NCBI GenBank assembly: GCA_951406725.2
Contig: OX597818.1
Location: 45,508,001 to 45,572,000, forward strand
DNA length: 64,000 bases
Direction of reading: 5' to 3'
DNA from: Octopus vulgaris
Lineage: Eukaryota
Both the position numbers and the translations under genes were made by a program. Position 1 is the first letter of the stretch, and every line of letters starts with the position of its first letter. The notes under the pieces were generated by a model. The model was not told where the DNA came from. It did not search any database and saw only the letters and a list, made by a program, of their open reading frames with translations. Below are positions 13,361-25,960 of the stretch, in pieces.

Positions 13361-14160
13361 ACAAGGTGCATTCCAGAAGTTCTGAAACATTTTCAGGAGA
13401 GATATTTATTATTTCAAGTAAATATAAAACTCCAATCTCCTTCAAAATAGACTACTCTGGCTTCAATGCAATTTTTGTAGCGCTCCAGTCATTTCGCGAA
13501 CGCCCCATGGAAATCCTCCAAAATGAAGGTGTACAGGACCCTTGTCACAGCCGCCTTCGTCTTCTCTTGCAACTTAGATAAACAACAGGGAGCAATGTCT
13601 GATCTTTAGGGAGGGTAAGGGACAATTTTGATACTTATCTCTGTCAAGATGGAATTGTGAACTGGTGCATGTACTCAGACCTTTTGCGACGAAATCTCTT
13701 CCTGAACTCCCTAAGAACCTCCAAGAATTAGTCTTTGTAGACCAACAGGCCAGAGAAACTTAGTGGATGTAGATGATACCCTTGCAGTTGAAAAAGGGAT
13801 CATCAGGATTTGTTGTGCCTGGTCTTTTGAGCCAGCGTAAAACAGATGCTCAGCTCATACGAGTTAATCCATAAGCAATTCTGAAACACTTCATAAGTTT
13901 CTGCAGCATTTTTACCCAGTTTAACAGTAAACTTTATTGTATACCAAGTTTCTAAAATTGTCTTTGCGTTCCAACTGCATTCTGCAAACTAGTCAGGTGT
14001 GACAAGCAGTGTTTAGCAGAGTGTATTCAAAGTGCTGTTACAGCCGTCCCCTTCAATCTGGAACAACAAAAGTTGTTGGACAGTTCAGTTTATTAGATTT
14101 ATAGAAACGATATACTAAAATTGCAGTTATAATTGCCTCTCAAAATTTCTGGAAAACACC
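13361..14160 (-). mobile_element. Internally deleted mariner element
   Basis: TIR-like ends aaggtgcattccagaagttctga / tcaaaatttctggaaaacacc; minus strand IKFTVKLGKNAAETYE, FFNCKGIIYIH, LEVLREFRKRFRRKR, DFHGAFAK*LERYKNCIEARVVYFEGD. Confidence 0.88.
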
Positions 14161-14169
14161 AGTTGAAAG

Positions 14170-14324
14170 CATCGTGACGTATATTTACCATGTAAATATG
14201 GCTAACCCCTAAGGGTGGATGCTACTGTAGTTTGCAGCCCCAGGAGGACACCTCGGCTGCAAACTACAGTAGCATCCACCCTTAGGGGTTAGCCATATTT
14301 ACATGGCAAATATACGTCACGATG
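14170..14324. repeat. Near-perfect palindrome (70-bp arms, 1 mismatch, 15-nt loop)
   Basis: 14170-14239 versus 14255-14324; direct repeat accagttgaaa at 14158-14168 and 14367-14377. Confidence 0.97.
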
Positions 14325-14972
14325 TGTTGTAGCCACTGTTTATAACTCGCTCTGAGATTTATTATTACCAGTTGAAACCATCAGGTATTTTGTGCGAGTT
14401 TTGTGAGTTGTACATTGGTTTAGTGTAGTGCCCGAATCCGTGTTATGATTTGAAGATTGGAATGCATAAGCTATGAATAGATATCGAGAATTTTTACCAA
14501 AAATGTTTAAAGGTGTGTATACGAAGTTGATGGATGTGTGATATCGTTTCTCTTGGGTTTTTTTGTTTTGCTGTTTTTGTGTTGTTTTTTTATAAGGAAG
14601 GATGCTTCAGAATTGCGATAAATTTTACCACTTTCCTAATAATGGGGATTTAGGCAGCGTTGTAGATATTAGTGAGTACAATAACTCCTTCGAGCTCAAA
14701 ATATTTTAGCTGTACGCTTGAAATCTTTCAGATTAAGGCTTTTGAAGATGTGGATTTTTCATCCGCTTTTCTTGCATAGATAGAAATCTGCGATTACGGC
14801 TTATGTTTGAAGATACGTATTTTACGCTTTTTATTCCTCTTCTCCATAAGTTATTTTTGGTGGCTGATATTCGAAAACAATGTTTGTTTTCTGTTTGAGT
14901 GTGGATACATTATCGGAAATTGTTACTCTCACCTGCGATGTGGTGTGGCTACTGTAAGAGATATTGATACTT

Positions 14973-15348
14973 ATTTTTTTATTGCCCACAAGGGGCTAAA
15001 CACGGAGGGGACAAACAAGGACAGACAAGGGGATTAAGTCGATTATATCGACCCCAGTGCGTAACTGGCACTTAATTTATCGACCCCGAAAGGATGAAAC
15101 GGCAGACGAAATACCTACTTCTTTATTGCCCACAAGGGACTAAACATAGAGGGGTCGAACAAGGACAGACAAAGGGATTAAGTCGATTATATCGACCCCA
15201 GTGCGTAACTGGCACTTAATTTATCGACCCCGATAGGATGAAAGGCAAAGTCGACCTCGATGGACTTTGAACTCAGAACGTAACGGCAAACGAAATACCG
15301 CTAAGCATTTCGCCCGGCGCGCTAACGTTTCTGCCAGCTCGCCGCCTT
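14973..15348 (-). mobile_element. SINE group A, tail A2 form, dimer
   Basis: Two tails; 18-bp TSD taagagatattgatactt (14955-14972 and 15351-15368). Confidence 0.92.
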
Positions 15349-15427
15349 TTTAAGAGATATTGATACTTTCTATTACTCTGCATAGTGTTTCATGACGTGT
15401 CTCGTTACTTGTCATAGTTTTCCGTTC

Positions 15428-15492
<65 letters not shown>

Positions 15493-16926
15493 TTAGTTGT
15501 TTGATGCTGAGATTTATATCTGTAGAATGATATATTGGGTATATTGTATTTGAGGTTATCTCAAGTTTTCATCATGTTGACCGCTTTGGTGGCTTAATTG
15601 GGCAACATTATTTTTTTATATTGCTTTATAGGATATGGGTTTTAGAATCGTTCATAATTATTACGTTGAACCGCAGTGTTTATGTTGACGATTAAGATGT
15701 TTGGTTCCGCGATTATTTTTTTGGTGGTAATGAATCCACCGGTCTGTGTTTTGAAGCTTGCGAACCGTTATTTTATTTAGCTCAGAGATATAAGAGCGTA
15801 TTGTGATGATGATAGATAGGTAGTTAGAGATTTATAGGACTGCTTGTTATAAAGTTATTTATGATAGCTAGCTAGATATGTAAAACAGAAGGTAATGTTT
15901 GGACAGGAGGTGTAGTTGTTACCTTTATGAGGTACGTGTGTTGGCATGGGTTATTCAAGATGCAAAGGGGATTCAGTTGCGTTACTATTACAACACAGCT
16001 TGTGCTTTTGTAGGGCATCTGCGAAATGAAGACGTGTTTATCTATAATAGTTAGGTTGTGTAACCTGGTGAGACGGCTGATGGACTGCATGCAGATGTTT
16101 ATTACACTAATGTGTTGCTTATCATTCGCTTTTATTTTGAATCCTTGCATTTCTAGTGCATCGTGTGCTTTTAATGATCGATTATCGTCAGTGGTATCTC
16201 TGCAGTAGATGCATGCTTTTATGTACATTATAAGACCTCGTTCATGGGTTGTTCTGTTCTCCCTAACAAAGATGTAATTTAAGATTTAAGAGAACCTAAT
16301 CTGAGTTTATATAATAGCAGCATGGATGTTCTTTGTGATTTTTAATCTCATAAAGGCGTGTATTTTATGTCGTTAGTTTTGTATTGCAGTGGGTGTAGAT
16401 AGTTGTGTTGTGGTTATGTGATGTACATCGGTTATTTTGGTTGATGATGTGTATGTTACGTATGAGGTGCGTATGCTTACATTTGCTGCTTGAATATACT
16501 GCAGAGCTATGAATTGGAAAATGAAGATAATTAACTTACACCCAACTTTTCTTGTTATATTTTGTTGCGATCTTGAATTTATAATGTAAGTTTTTGGTGT
16601 CTTTTGTTGTCGGTATATATCTATGAGTTCTAGCCATGTCCATCCTGTTGTAGATTTTGGCATGTTATATCAAGAACTACATTATCCAGTGTATTCTTCC
16701 ATTTTAAGTCAATACAGGTTTGTATGAGGGAGCGTTTGGTTAATATTTCTGAAAGATCAATCGATTGTGCAGAAGTTTCAGGGTTGGTAGAGACGAAAGC
16801 CAGTGAACCGGATCGAAGCATGATAATTACTTCTCCGCACAAATTCCTGGTGCATTTCAGTAGTGTTTGGAGACAATGAGATTGTTTGTGTTACTATCAT
16901 TATTGTTTAAGTACTAAAAAACCGTA

Positions 16927-17128
16927 AGGCAGCGTGTTGGCGGAATCGTTAGCAATCCTGACAAAAAGCTCATTACGTTCTGAGTTCAAATACTTCCGTG
17001 GTCGGCTTTACTTTTCATCTTTTTTGGAGTCGATAAAATAAATACTAGTCGAATGCTTGGATCAATTTAATCAACTAAATTCTTCCCCTCGAAATTCCAG
17101 GCCTTGTGCTTATAGTAGAAGGAATTAT
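16927..17128 (+). mobile_element. SINE group A (tail A1), diverged
   Basis: Head, middle and ggccttgtgcttatagtagaa tail match. Confidence 0.8.
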
Positions 17129-17572
17129 TTTATACGTACTGTTTTACTTATCTTTATTTCTCTGGACAGAGCGGGGGGGGGATAGTGTTCTTAGAATAAA
17201 ACCTATGAATGATCTAGTTTTAAATGTACGCTTTACTTTCTTCACTCTGTCTTTTATGTCTGTGTGCAACGCTATTTCTAACATTTTAAGCTTTTTAGTA
17301 TTTTGTTTGCTTGTATTGTTGAGCGTGACGGTAGGCAATATTCGTTTGTGCTGTTACTAAGAAGGGAGATGGCAGTTTTGGTAATGATTACTTTTTGATT
17401 AATTTGTTTCGAGCCAGATTTCTAGCAGTTTGTTGCGAATTCGAAGCAGGAATGTGAAAGTTGATGATGTTAGAAATTAAAATTTCTATGATTTTTTAGG
17501 CGGGGTGTAGGAGGTTAAGGCAGTCTCTATGATTTTGTTTCAGATGGTTTTTGTTAAAGCTTAAAAAATTAT

Positions 17573-17748
17573 AACAATTGCAGCGCGGAAGGTGTTTATA
17601 AGCCATTTAAGAAACACAGAAAATCCGTCAGATTCACTTCAAAGCGACGAAAATATTTTGACAAATTAAATTTAAATGTTGAATTGAATCTAATGGATTT
17701 TGTGTGTTTCTTAAATGGCTTATAAACACCTTCAACGCTGCAATTGTT
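17573..17748. repeat. Inverted repeat (70-bp arms, 36-nt spacer)
   Basis: 17573-17642 versus 17679-17748 with few mismatches. Confidence 0.92.
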
Positions 17749-18498
17749 TTCGTTCCAGCACACGATCTCAGATCAGGTCACTTACTATGCAAGTACATCT
17801 CCGTAATAAAAAATTATATTGTTCAAGAAATTTGGCAGCGCTGGTATGGGTATTTGAAGATGCTGTGAAGTGCAATCATTCCATTAGCTGTAGGTGTTTA
17901 ATGTGCATTTCAGGGTTTTACTTTCAGATTTCTTTATAGTTTTTCTTATATTTGTTGTAGGTGGGGAAAGTTTCTTGGTGACAGCGTAAGTTATTAATTA
18001 TCAATTAGAGACTACAGAACATTTTTAAAGATCACTTGAAAAAGCTGAACATTTTTAGAGATCACTTGAAAAAGCTAACTGAAGTTTCCGAGAGAAACAC
18101 ACGCAAACTTTTAACAGTTACATGTACAAATCATATTGTCATATTCCTTGTGTTTTTAATTTTTGCGCTTCCAGTTTAATAACGTATGTACATGTGTGTG
18201 TGTGCGTGCTTGCGTGCGTGCGTGCGTGCGTGTGTACGTACGTGCGTGCGTGCGTGCGTGTGTACGTACGTGCGTGCGTGCGTGTGCGTGCGTGCGTGCG
18301 TGCGTGTGTACGTACGTGCGTGCGTGCACGTGTGTGTATATGCACACGAGGATTGTCCCGAAATTAATGCAAAAGTAGTTAGCATAACTTGTTTATTAAT
18401 AAACGTACATCGCTCAAATTGCTTATGCTGATAAAGTCACTCTTTCTTTTTTTCCTTCTCTCCTTTATCGCACGCAAATATGAGCTACATCAGAAGCA

Positions 18499-18872
18499 GT
18501 GGAGGTGCAATGGCCCAATGGTTAGGGCAGCGGACTCGCGGTCGGAGGATCGCGGTTTCGATTCCCAGACCGGGCGTTGTGTGTGTTTATTGGGCGAAAA
18601 CACCTAAAGCTCCACGAGGCTCCGGCAGGGGTGGTGGCGACCCCTGTTGTACTCTTTCGCTCCAACTTTCTCTCACTCTTTCTTCCTGTTTCTTGTCCCC
18701 GACTTCCTACGCAACCGCTGAGCCTGGATGCGCATTCATCCATCCGTCGATGCTCTCGGTGTCGGGGGTTGACCTGCTTTCTCTTCTGCGGGTCTTACGA
18801 ATAGCAAAGGACCACGTTTCGGACTTCTCCCATCTTGCGAGCTCTGGGACGAAGACCGTTCGCTCAACAGCA
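18499..18872 (+). mobile_element. SINE with head C and alternative tail C2
   Basis: First about 195 nt match group C, then a different 3' half ending in CAA-like repeats; 12-bp TSD acatcagaagca (18487-18498 and 18873-18884). Confidence 0.88.
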
Positions 18873-19039
18873 ACATCAGAAGCAACACGCTATCATTGAA
18901 TTCTTGACGAAGAAGGAGTGCAGGATGTCCAAACTCCATATAAGACAACAAGTTTTTTACGAAGATGATATCATTAACAAAAAAACTATACACATTGGTT
19001 GAAAATTTAAAGAAAAAGAATCTAATATAAAATATATAT

Positions 19040-19680
19040 CACGCATTAGAAGATTCTCAGCTGCGACCATTGACACGAGTCACCAACGGGTAGACGAATT
19101 TATTGTCACGGGAAGACGAGTCACAATCTCTGAGCTTACTGTACAACTTAACTGTGGCCACAATTCCTTTATGGCGGAATACTTTGAAGATAACGGAATG
19201 CTTTGAAGAAAATGAAATATTTTAAAGATAGCGGAATACTTTGGATATCTGAAATTGTGTGCAAAGTGGGTACCTTGGAAGTTGAAACCCGATTTTAAGA
19301 AGAGAATAGCGGGAGTCTGCTCTGATCTGCCGGAAGCGTTTGAAGCCAATAAAGAAACGCTTTTTTTCGATCTGTAGCAGGAAATGAAATCTGGGCGTAA
19401 TTTTTATGATCTGGAGACGAAGGTTCAGTCCATAGAATGATATCACACCTCATCTTTATAGCATAAGAAGTTCAGGAGCCAGCGATCGGCATAGGAATCA
19501 TAGAGACTGACAAGGGCATCATTCGTTTTGATTTTCTGAAATGTAATTATACTGTGAACAGCGGGCGATACATTAAAACACTCAAAAGGCTTGGAGAAGC
19601 CATTAAGAGATGAGCAACCACACACATCTATGCCTACAAATCAAGCAATCAGCAAATTATTTAAGGGTGTCCAAGTTTCT
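19040..19680 (+). mobile_element. Decayed mariner transposase remnant
   Basis: GYLKLCAKWVPWKL (WVPxxL motif), AGNEIW..YDLETKVQS, KGIIRFDFL..TVNSGRYIKTLKRL. Confidence 0.8.
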
Positions 19681-20786
19681 CTCTTTCAATTTCCCAAAGT
19701 ATTTATTATAAAATGTAAAATTACAGGTATATACAAATATGCGGGGCGGTGAAGTGAACAAGTTTTGAAGTGAATTAATTGCATAAAATAGAAGATGTGG
19801 TTATGCTTTCTATGTACATTATAAAAAAAAAACTTTTCTCTCTTCATTAGTTATATAATAGATATTAACAACTATCGTATTGAATGTTCTTACGAAAGGA
19901 TTTCAAAGCGATTCCCAAATACTTAAATAATATCCATATATATTAAGAGCAGTAACTCATAAATACACGCAAAAAAAGTGTTTATAATGTTATATTGCAA
20001 GATTGGAGAAGTTATAAGTGAGATATGCAGCAGTAAGGTAAAAAGAAATGTAGGAAATTGAAGTTGTAGTTATAATTAAAATAGCTATAGATAATGAAAA
20101 GATAAAAGATAAGTATTTCGGCTACTTATAAGTATAAATACGAAAAATAAAATTGTATAAAGAAGATAATATACAATCTGTAAAGTAAGAAAGATTACTC
20201 GGAATAGGAAATTATTTATACGTTGTAAGCATGTTGTGATAGAAAGGTTTCGTTTTGGTTAAATAAAAAAACTCGCCATCAAATAAAAAATAAACTACCG
20301 AAAAGATTTCAAAAACTTATCAACGAAAAAGCATGTTAAGTTTAAGGGATGTAACACATGTATATAAAAGTTGTAAATATATATACTAAATGTGAATTCG
20401 TTTGTCGTTAACATATCAAAAGTTTCCAAACAAGTGTTTAGATTGTTTTGCTTCAAGATTGTTAGATGTATGATTTTAGTGTGTTAGTGTTGGAAATAAT
20501 AGAAAAGTTTGCTTTACATTGCTTATGACAGCTCCTCATTTAAGGTGATGACAGCGTATATAAGAAATAAAACATGTATAGATAGTGAAGAAATTCAAAA
20601 TAATTGCGCGATAAGCATGTAAGAGAATTAAACAAACCTCTTACATCTGAAAGATAGACTGACGACAGCTCCCTCTATTAAAATACAAGAGGATGAAACA
20701 ACTGTGTTATAAATTCAAATTGATATCTACGTAGAATGAGAATTAAAGTAAAGCAGTTGGATAGTAGTAGTTACGAGCCTACCTTA

Positions 20787-22243
20787 CTAGACTACCCGTG
20801 ACCCGCTGGGTCACCAATAGTTCAAGGTACCCGAAAAAACCGCATATCTCGGGAATCCGTGGTCCGATTTACGCGAAACTTCTGTTATTCCATTTGTATT
20901 CACATTTCAATGGTACCTTACTTTCTAAGCATTTCCCCATCATATGCCGATTCGTTTATTTAAAAAGGTACCCGAAAAGAACGCGTATTTCGGTAACTCG
21001 TGGTCTGATTTACGCGAAACTTGTTTTATCCGTTTGTATTCACGTGAGCATCCGATTCGCGATGTCTCCTGCTTCTGTCTCTGTCCCTCTGTTCCGCCAG
21101 ATGCTCAGCCCTTGCTTTATCAGTCTCATCTATCCTTCTATTCACATATCTATCCTGATCTAGGGTAAATATTACGTAAAGAACCAGTTCGTAATTCAGT
21201 GTGAAATAATTTTTTCCACAGGTTTTTTCGAGTGCATTCAACGTATCTCACCTCTAAACCCACCGCAAGCCACTTTCTCCCGGAAAAGAAAGGGTGGAGG
21301 GGTGGAGGGGATCTCGAAGTTTCCCGGGAAACTCCGAGTTTCCCACTAATGGAATTTTTTTTCGTGGGTTTTTTCTTCTTTTCAGGTTATTTCGCATGCT
21401 TTCAACGAATGTGACATCGAAATCATGCGTAAACGGCTTCTTTCCCCCCAAAAAGGAAAGATTTGGCTGCTATTTCTTGCACACTCTGCTACTACTTAAA
21501 AGCTATTTCAGGTCTTTTATCGCAAATAGCTGTTAGGTGGTAGCAATGCGTGCAAGAAATAACATCCAAGTCTTTGGAGGTGAGATACATTGAATGCACT
21601 CGAAAAAACCCGAGGAAAAATATTATTTTACCCCGAGGTTACGAACGGGTCCTTTACAAAATATTTACCATATTTTTAAAGTCATTTTCACCTTAAAATA
21701 TTTTTTAAATATGCCAGAAAGAATTTTTGAAATGGTATTCACTTAAAAATAATTTTTTTAAAAACTAAAATATTGCCTGTTTAAAGAAAGCTAAAATATA
21801 AATACTTACTGTACAAACACCTTAAATTTTTGAAATCACATTCACTTAAAAATATTTCTAAATGATTAAAATATTGTGTTTAACGAAAGCCAAAATAGAA
21901 ACATTTACTGTAAAAACAACTCGTGTTTTTTCGTTGACAAGTTAAAGTCGCTGTGACTTTTGTCTATCATAATGTTCTAATTGAAGGTTTAGAGTTTCTT
22001 CCCTTTCGGGGTTATGTTATTTTCAGAGTATTTTCCCATTATGCACTGTTTTGGGTATTTATACACCCAAAAGCTCCCCATCTCTCAAAAACCAGTCGTC
22101 CGATTTACGCGAAATTTGTTTTATTCCATTTGTATTCACATTTCAGGGGAACCTTAATTCACAGTATTTCCCCATTATGCGCCAGTTTGGCTGTGTTAAA
22201 TGACAGATAAGCAAGCAATAAGAGAGTTTTAGTAGTATATAGA
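20787..22243 (-). mobile_element. Non-autonomous Helitron
   Basis: Minus strand starts TC (22243-22242) after A, ends CTAG (20787-20790) before T; subterminal hairpin gtgaccc-gct-gggtcac 20798-20814; three internal direct repeats containing ccgatttacgcgaaa. Confidence 0.85.
21164..21669. mobile_element. MITE with about 95-bp imperfect TIRs nested in the Helitron
   Basis: ggtaaatatt..ttttttcgagtgcattcaacgtatctcacctc versus gaggtgagatacattgaatgcactcgaaaaaa..aatatttacc. Confidence 0.8.
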
Positions 22244-22919
22244 TAAATACTAAAGGATGTGGTTCTGTGAGTGGAATTATATAAGTTTGAAATTTATAAT
22301 TGATGGTCAGTAACCACCAGCACTATGAATTTACAATGGCTGTTGATTACAGAAGTATTTAATTATGTTAGGATCCTTGCATATACGTATCGAATGTACT
22401 AACTACATTTACAAGGAGTAGTTATATGTTTGGCACCTAACTAGGAATTTTAGGGTGGTTAAAGAATGCAATGAGCAATATAAACAAGTGGTAAGAACTC
22501 ATAATACATTACTATAAGAAATCAATTTGAAAATAAATCAATTTAAAAGGCTGCGAGAATATATGAAAATATTTGATTTTTTTTAATATATGTAGAGTGA
22601 AGAAAGATGTGTGGTAGAAATTGATTGAGGCTATTGATAACATATAAAATCAGTATGGTTACTTGTGGATGTTTACACGGTGCATTATTGATTTACCATC
22701 AGAAGCATTTGCGTCAGGTGTTTCACGGGTTATGTTTTCATGAAAGAGAAGATGGTGCCCAACAAACATTTTAAATACACATTTGTAATATAGTTATGTT
22801 TTCTGTAAACGAGCGAGGTCCGCTTTAAAAAATAGATTTGTAATGAAATTGTAGAACGCATTAATATAAGAAGTAATAGTTGTAATTTAGTTTTAAGCTT
22901 TATATTTTGATATATAAAT

Positions 22920-23134
22920 GGCGGTGAGCGGGCAGAATCGTTAGCAGGTTGGGCGAAATGCTTAGCGGTATTTCGGCCGTCGCTAGGTTCTGAGTTCAAA
23001 CTCTGCCGAAGTCGGCTTTGCCTTTCATCCTTTCGGGGTCGATAAATTAAGTACCAGTGAAACACTGGGGTCGATGTAATCGATTAGTCCCCTCCCCGCC
23101 AAAAATTCCAGGCCTTGTGCCTATAATAGAAAAG
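22920..23134 (+). mobile_element. SINE group A (tail A1), full length
   Basis: 16-bp TSD atattttgatatataa (22902-22917 and 23135-23150). Confidence 0.93.
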
Positions 23135-23699
23135 ATATTTTGATATATAAGACGATGTATGTGTGTATATACCTGTAGTGTCTATTGTGGTTTCAACTGT
23201 CCTAAAGCAGAGTGTACATGAAATTACTGAATTTCAGGCAAGTCATCATAATCAAAGTACATTGATAAAATGGCTAACAATGTAGGGGAAACAACTAGTT
23301 TGTAAATTAGCAGGGGAAGCAGTTTGCTCTATAAATCGAAGAATCATTTTTAAAGGATAATGAAGCAGTTCTGGTGGTGTATGTTACGTCTTAGAATGAT
23401 AGTTATCTCAAAGAGTAAATCATTTTTGTCTGAAAGCCTGCTAACGACACAAAGCTGAAACAATTTCTTTAAAGAAGTTAAGCTTTCTCTTTTTTTTTTC
23501 TTTTCTCCCATAAAACAATATTCCGCAACAACGTATAAATACTTTTTGAGACTGATGGTGCTGCCTCAATGAAAGGTGGGATATAAGAAATATATTACCT
23601 ACTAAAATAGGTGTACCTAAGGTTGTTGGGGGTGCTTTTGTTTTTGCATTCACTGCGTAGCTTACTGTCAACATGTAATTTCAAAACAATAGGACGGCC

Positions 23700-24235
23700 A
23701 CCTGACTGATGTCTTTGTTATTATGAAAAGCTGTCAAACTTATCAAATCAAATATACTTCAAGATTCGTCTTTTCCTCGGGAAGTTTGTAACAAAAATGT
23801 TGAAACATTTAAACGCCTACTGATGCTAGCAAAACCTAACAATCTTAGTCGCTTCATGGCTCTTTGCGACAGCAGAGTGTCGTATCTGAAGAGTAAGTAG
23901 CTTGGTAAACTGCTGGTGCTACCAGTCGTGGTATATTTTAGCTCTCAGATATAATTGAAAAGCTTAATTTTGTCTGAACAAACAATTACAAGGAGAAAAC
24001 TGTAATTTTATATCTTGGAAAGAGGTTATTGTTGCTTTTATTGAAAAGCTTCAACTATTCAGAGTTGATATAGGACGTCACGACTTGGTACAGTTTCCAC
24101 CTTTAGCTACCGTTGACACTGAACTACGAAACGATAATCTTTCTGTGTGCGTTGAGTATTTAAAACATTTGTATAGTGATATGGGAGTTCAGTCCAACGA
24201 ATTACTAGAGATAAGAATTCCAAATTTGGAAAAGT
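23700..24235 (+). mobile_element. hAT transposase remnant (Charlie/SCAND3-like)
   Basis: LSDIIEKLN..LNKQLQGEN..VIVAFIEKLQLFRVDIGRHDLVQFPPL..YLKHLYSDM..ELLEIRIP. Confidence 0.75.
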
Positions 24236-24395
24236 AGATTCATTCCTGTTAAATACAGCACTTGTTTATATTGCTCATTGCATTCTTTAAATTAATGTCA
24301 GTAATTTAATTCTTGACATTAAATAACAAGACAGCTTCATTGAGAGTTACTGAATATTGAAACCGCTCTAGCTTTATTCAGACATGGTGAACATA

Positions 24396-24627
24396 TGTTT
24401 CTTTATTACCCACAAGGGGCTAAACATAGAGGGAACAAACAAGGACAGACAAATGGATCAAGTCGATTACATCGACCCCAGTGCGTAACTGGCACTTAAT
24501 TTATCGACACCGAAAGGATGAAAGGCAAAGTCGACCTCGGTGGAATTTGAACTCAGAACGTAACGGCAGACGAAATACGGCTACGCATTTCGCCCGGCGT
24601 GCTAACGTTTCTGCCAGCTCGCCGCCT
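24396..24627 (-). mobile_element. SINE group A (tail A2), full length
   Basis: 15-bp TSD gacatggtgaacata on both flanks. Confidence 0.93.
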
Positions 24628-24775
24628 TCGACATGGTGAACATAGTTAACGAAAAAGTAGTTAAATTGCAAAAAATTTCCACTTCTCTGGAAGACAGTAA
24701 AATTGTATGTTATTGCTTTTTGCACGTATTATCTTGTAGTACCTACTACAAGATTGACATGAAAGTTCTGCAATA

Positions 24776-24937
24776 GGCGTATGAGTGGCTGTGTGGTAAG
24801 TAGTTTGCTAACGAACCACATAGTTCTGGGTTCAGTCCCACTGCGTGGCACCTTGGGCAAGTGTCTTCTACTATAGCCTCGGGCCGACCAAAGCCTTGTC
24901 AGTGGATTTGGTAGGCGGAAACTGAAAGAAGCCCGCC

Positions 24938-24997
<60 letters not shown>

Positions 24998-25165
24998 CCA
25001 ACATCGCTTGACAACTGATGCTGGTGTGTTTACGTCCCCGTAACTTAGCGGTTCGGTTCGGCAAAAGACACCGATAGAATAAGTACTAGGCTTACTGGGG
25101 TCGATTTGCTTGACTAAAGGCGGTGCTCCAGTCAAATGACCGAAACAAGTAAAAGAGTAAAAGAG
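24776..25165 (+). mobile_element. SINE group B
   Basis: Head, (TA)n(TG)n, tail. Confidence 0.9.
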
Positions 25166-25189
25166 AGGGTGATATTTTTTTTTATTCGT

Positions 25190-25960
25190 CAAATTACAAA
25201 AAAGCAGCCTAGCATTCAAAGCAAAGGCCATTGTGTTTCACCATCTGAGGCCACCTTTCTGTCAGTTTTTTTGTTATCCCATGCTGATACCAGTTCTTGT
25301 CCTTCGAGGAGAAGAGCTCCTTCACTGAAGTTTTCACTTCTTCTTGGCTGATGAAGTGTTTCGAGCACAGGAAGTGAGTCATTGACCGGAACAAGTAACA
25401 ATTCGAGGGAACTAAATTTAGACTATAGCTGGGTGTGACATCAGTTCCTTTCCTTCAAGTTCCTGGCGCTTATTCCGGGTCGTTCGAACTACTCACCAGA
25501 TTTGCCTCTATAACTTGGAGCACGACCTCGGAATCCACGGTTTTAGTCCTACCTGATCTTGTTTGATCGTTGAGGTTCTTACAAACCTTAACTGTCATCA
25601 GCCAGGTTTTTCGTTGTCCAAAGGCTGATCTGGAACCCAACCTAGGCCCCCATATCTACGGCGTTCGACGCTGGAATAAGGAGTGGTTGGAGATCACGCG
25701 GTCGTTAGCCTCAAATCGCCAGGCCTGGTCGGCGTTTGTGAGAGATGCAGCATTGAGGATGAATGAAGCCAGCTCAACCCACCCCGGGTGAATGCTGTAA
25801 GAAGAAGTTCTTACAAACCGAGTGACATTTCTTGAAACATTTGGTTCCTGTGCTGTGACCAATTGCACCTTTCGCAAAACAAATGCTTTTAGTTGCTTCC
25901 GCGGCGTTATGGCTCAGTTCGAACTCGTAAAGCGTAAGTTGCACGTTCATCTTGGCGGCT
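25190..25960 (-). mobile_element. Internally deleted mariner remnant
   Basis: LYEFELSHNAAEATKSICFA; RSGRTKTVDSEVVLQVIEAN; FRSMTHFL..EEVKTSVKELFSSKDKNWYQHGI..LTERW. Confidence 0.85.
25588..25806 (+). mobile_element. 5'-truncated RTE-clade LINE 3' end inserted in the mariner
   Basis: KADLEPNLGPHIYGVRRWNKEWLEITRSLASNRQAWSAFVRDA, (GAA)n tail, 13-bp TSD gttcttacaaacc (25575-25587 and 25807-25819). Confidence 0.88.

Larger units (their letters stand above)
11700..16900 (-). mobile_element. Decayed LINE ORF2 (APE endonuclease + RT, I/Jockey-group-like) broken by nested insertions
   Basis: Motifs in correct order on the minus strand: LCILNN..HTY..SCPNITFC..SNYLSIIITI (APE end, about 15800-15970); IPDGFN (about 14375); NGVLQRYILSPTLFSLY..YAD (12685-12790); TKILEVTENTRITFTAHVEDI (about 12070-12140); NKLQRTQYTAL (about 11860-11890). 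Confidence 0.75.
19850..23450 (+). mobile_element. Probable highly decayed L1/Tx1-like ORF2, interrupted by a Helitron and a SINE
   Basis: A-rich sense strand with traces ELYKFEI (about 22280), ECTNYI (EKCTKYF-like, about 22392) and DLPSEAF (DGLPxE-like, about 22690); weak. Confidence 0.35.
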
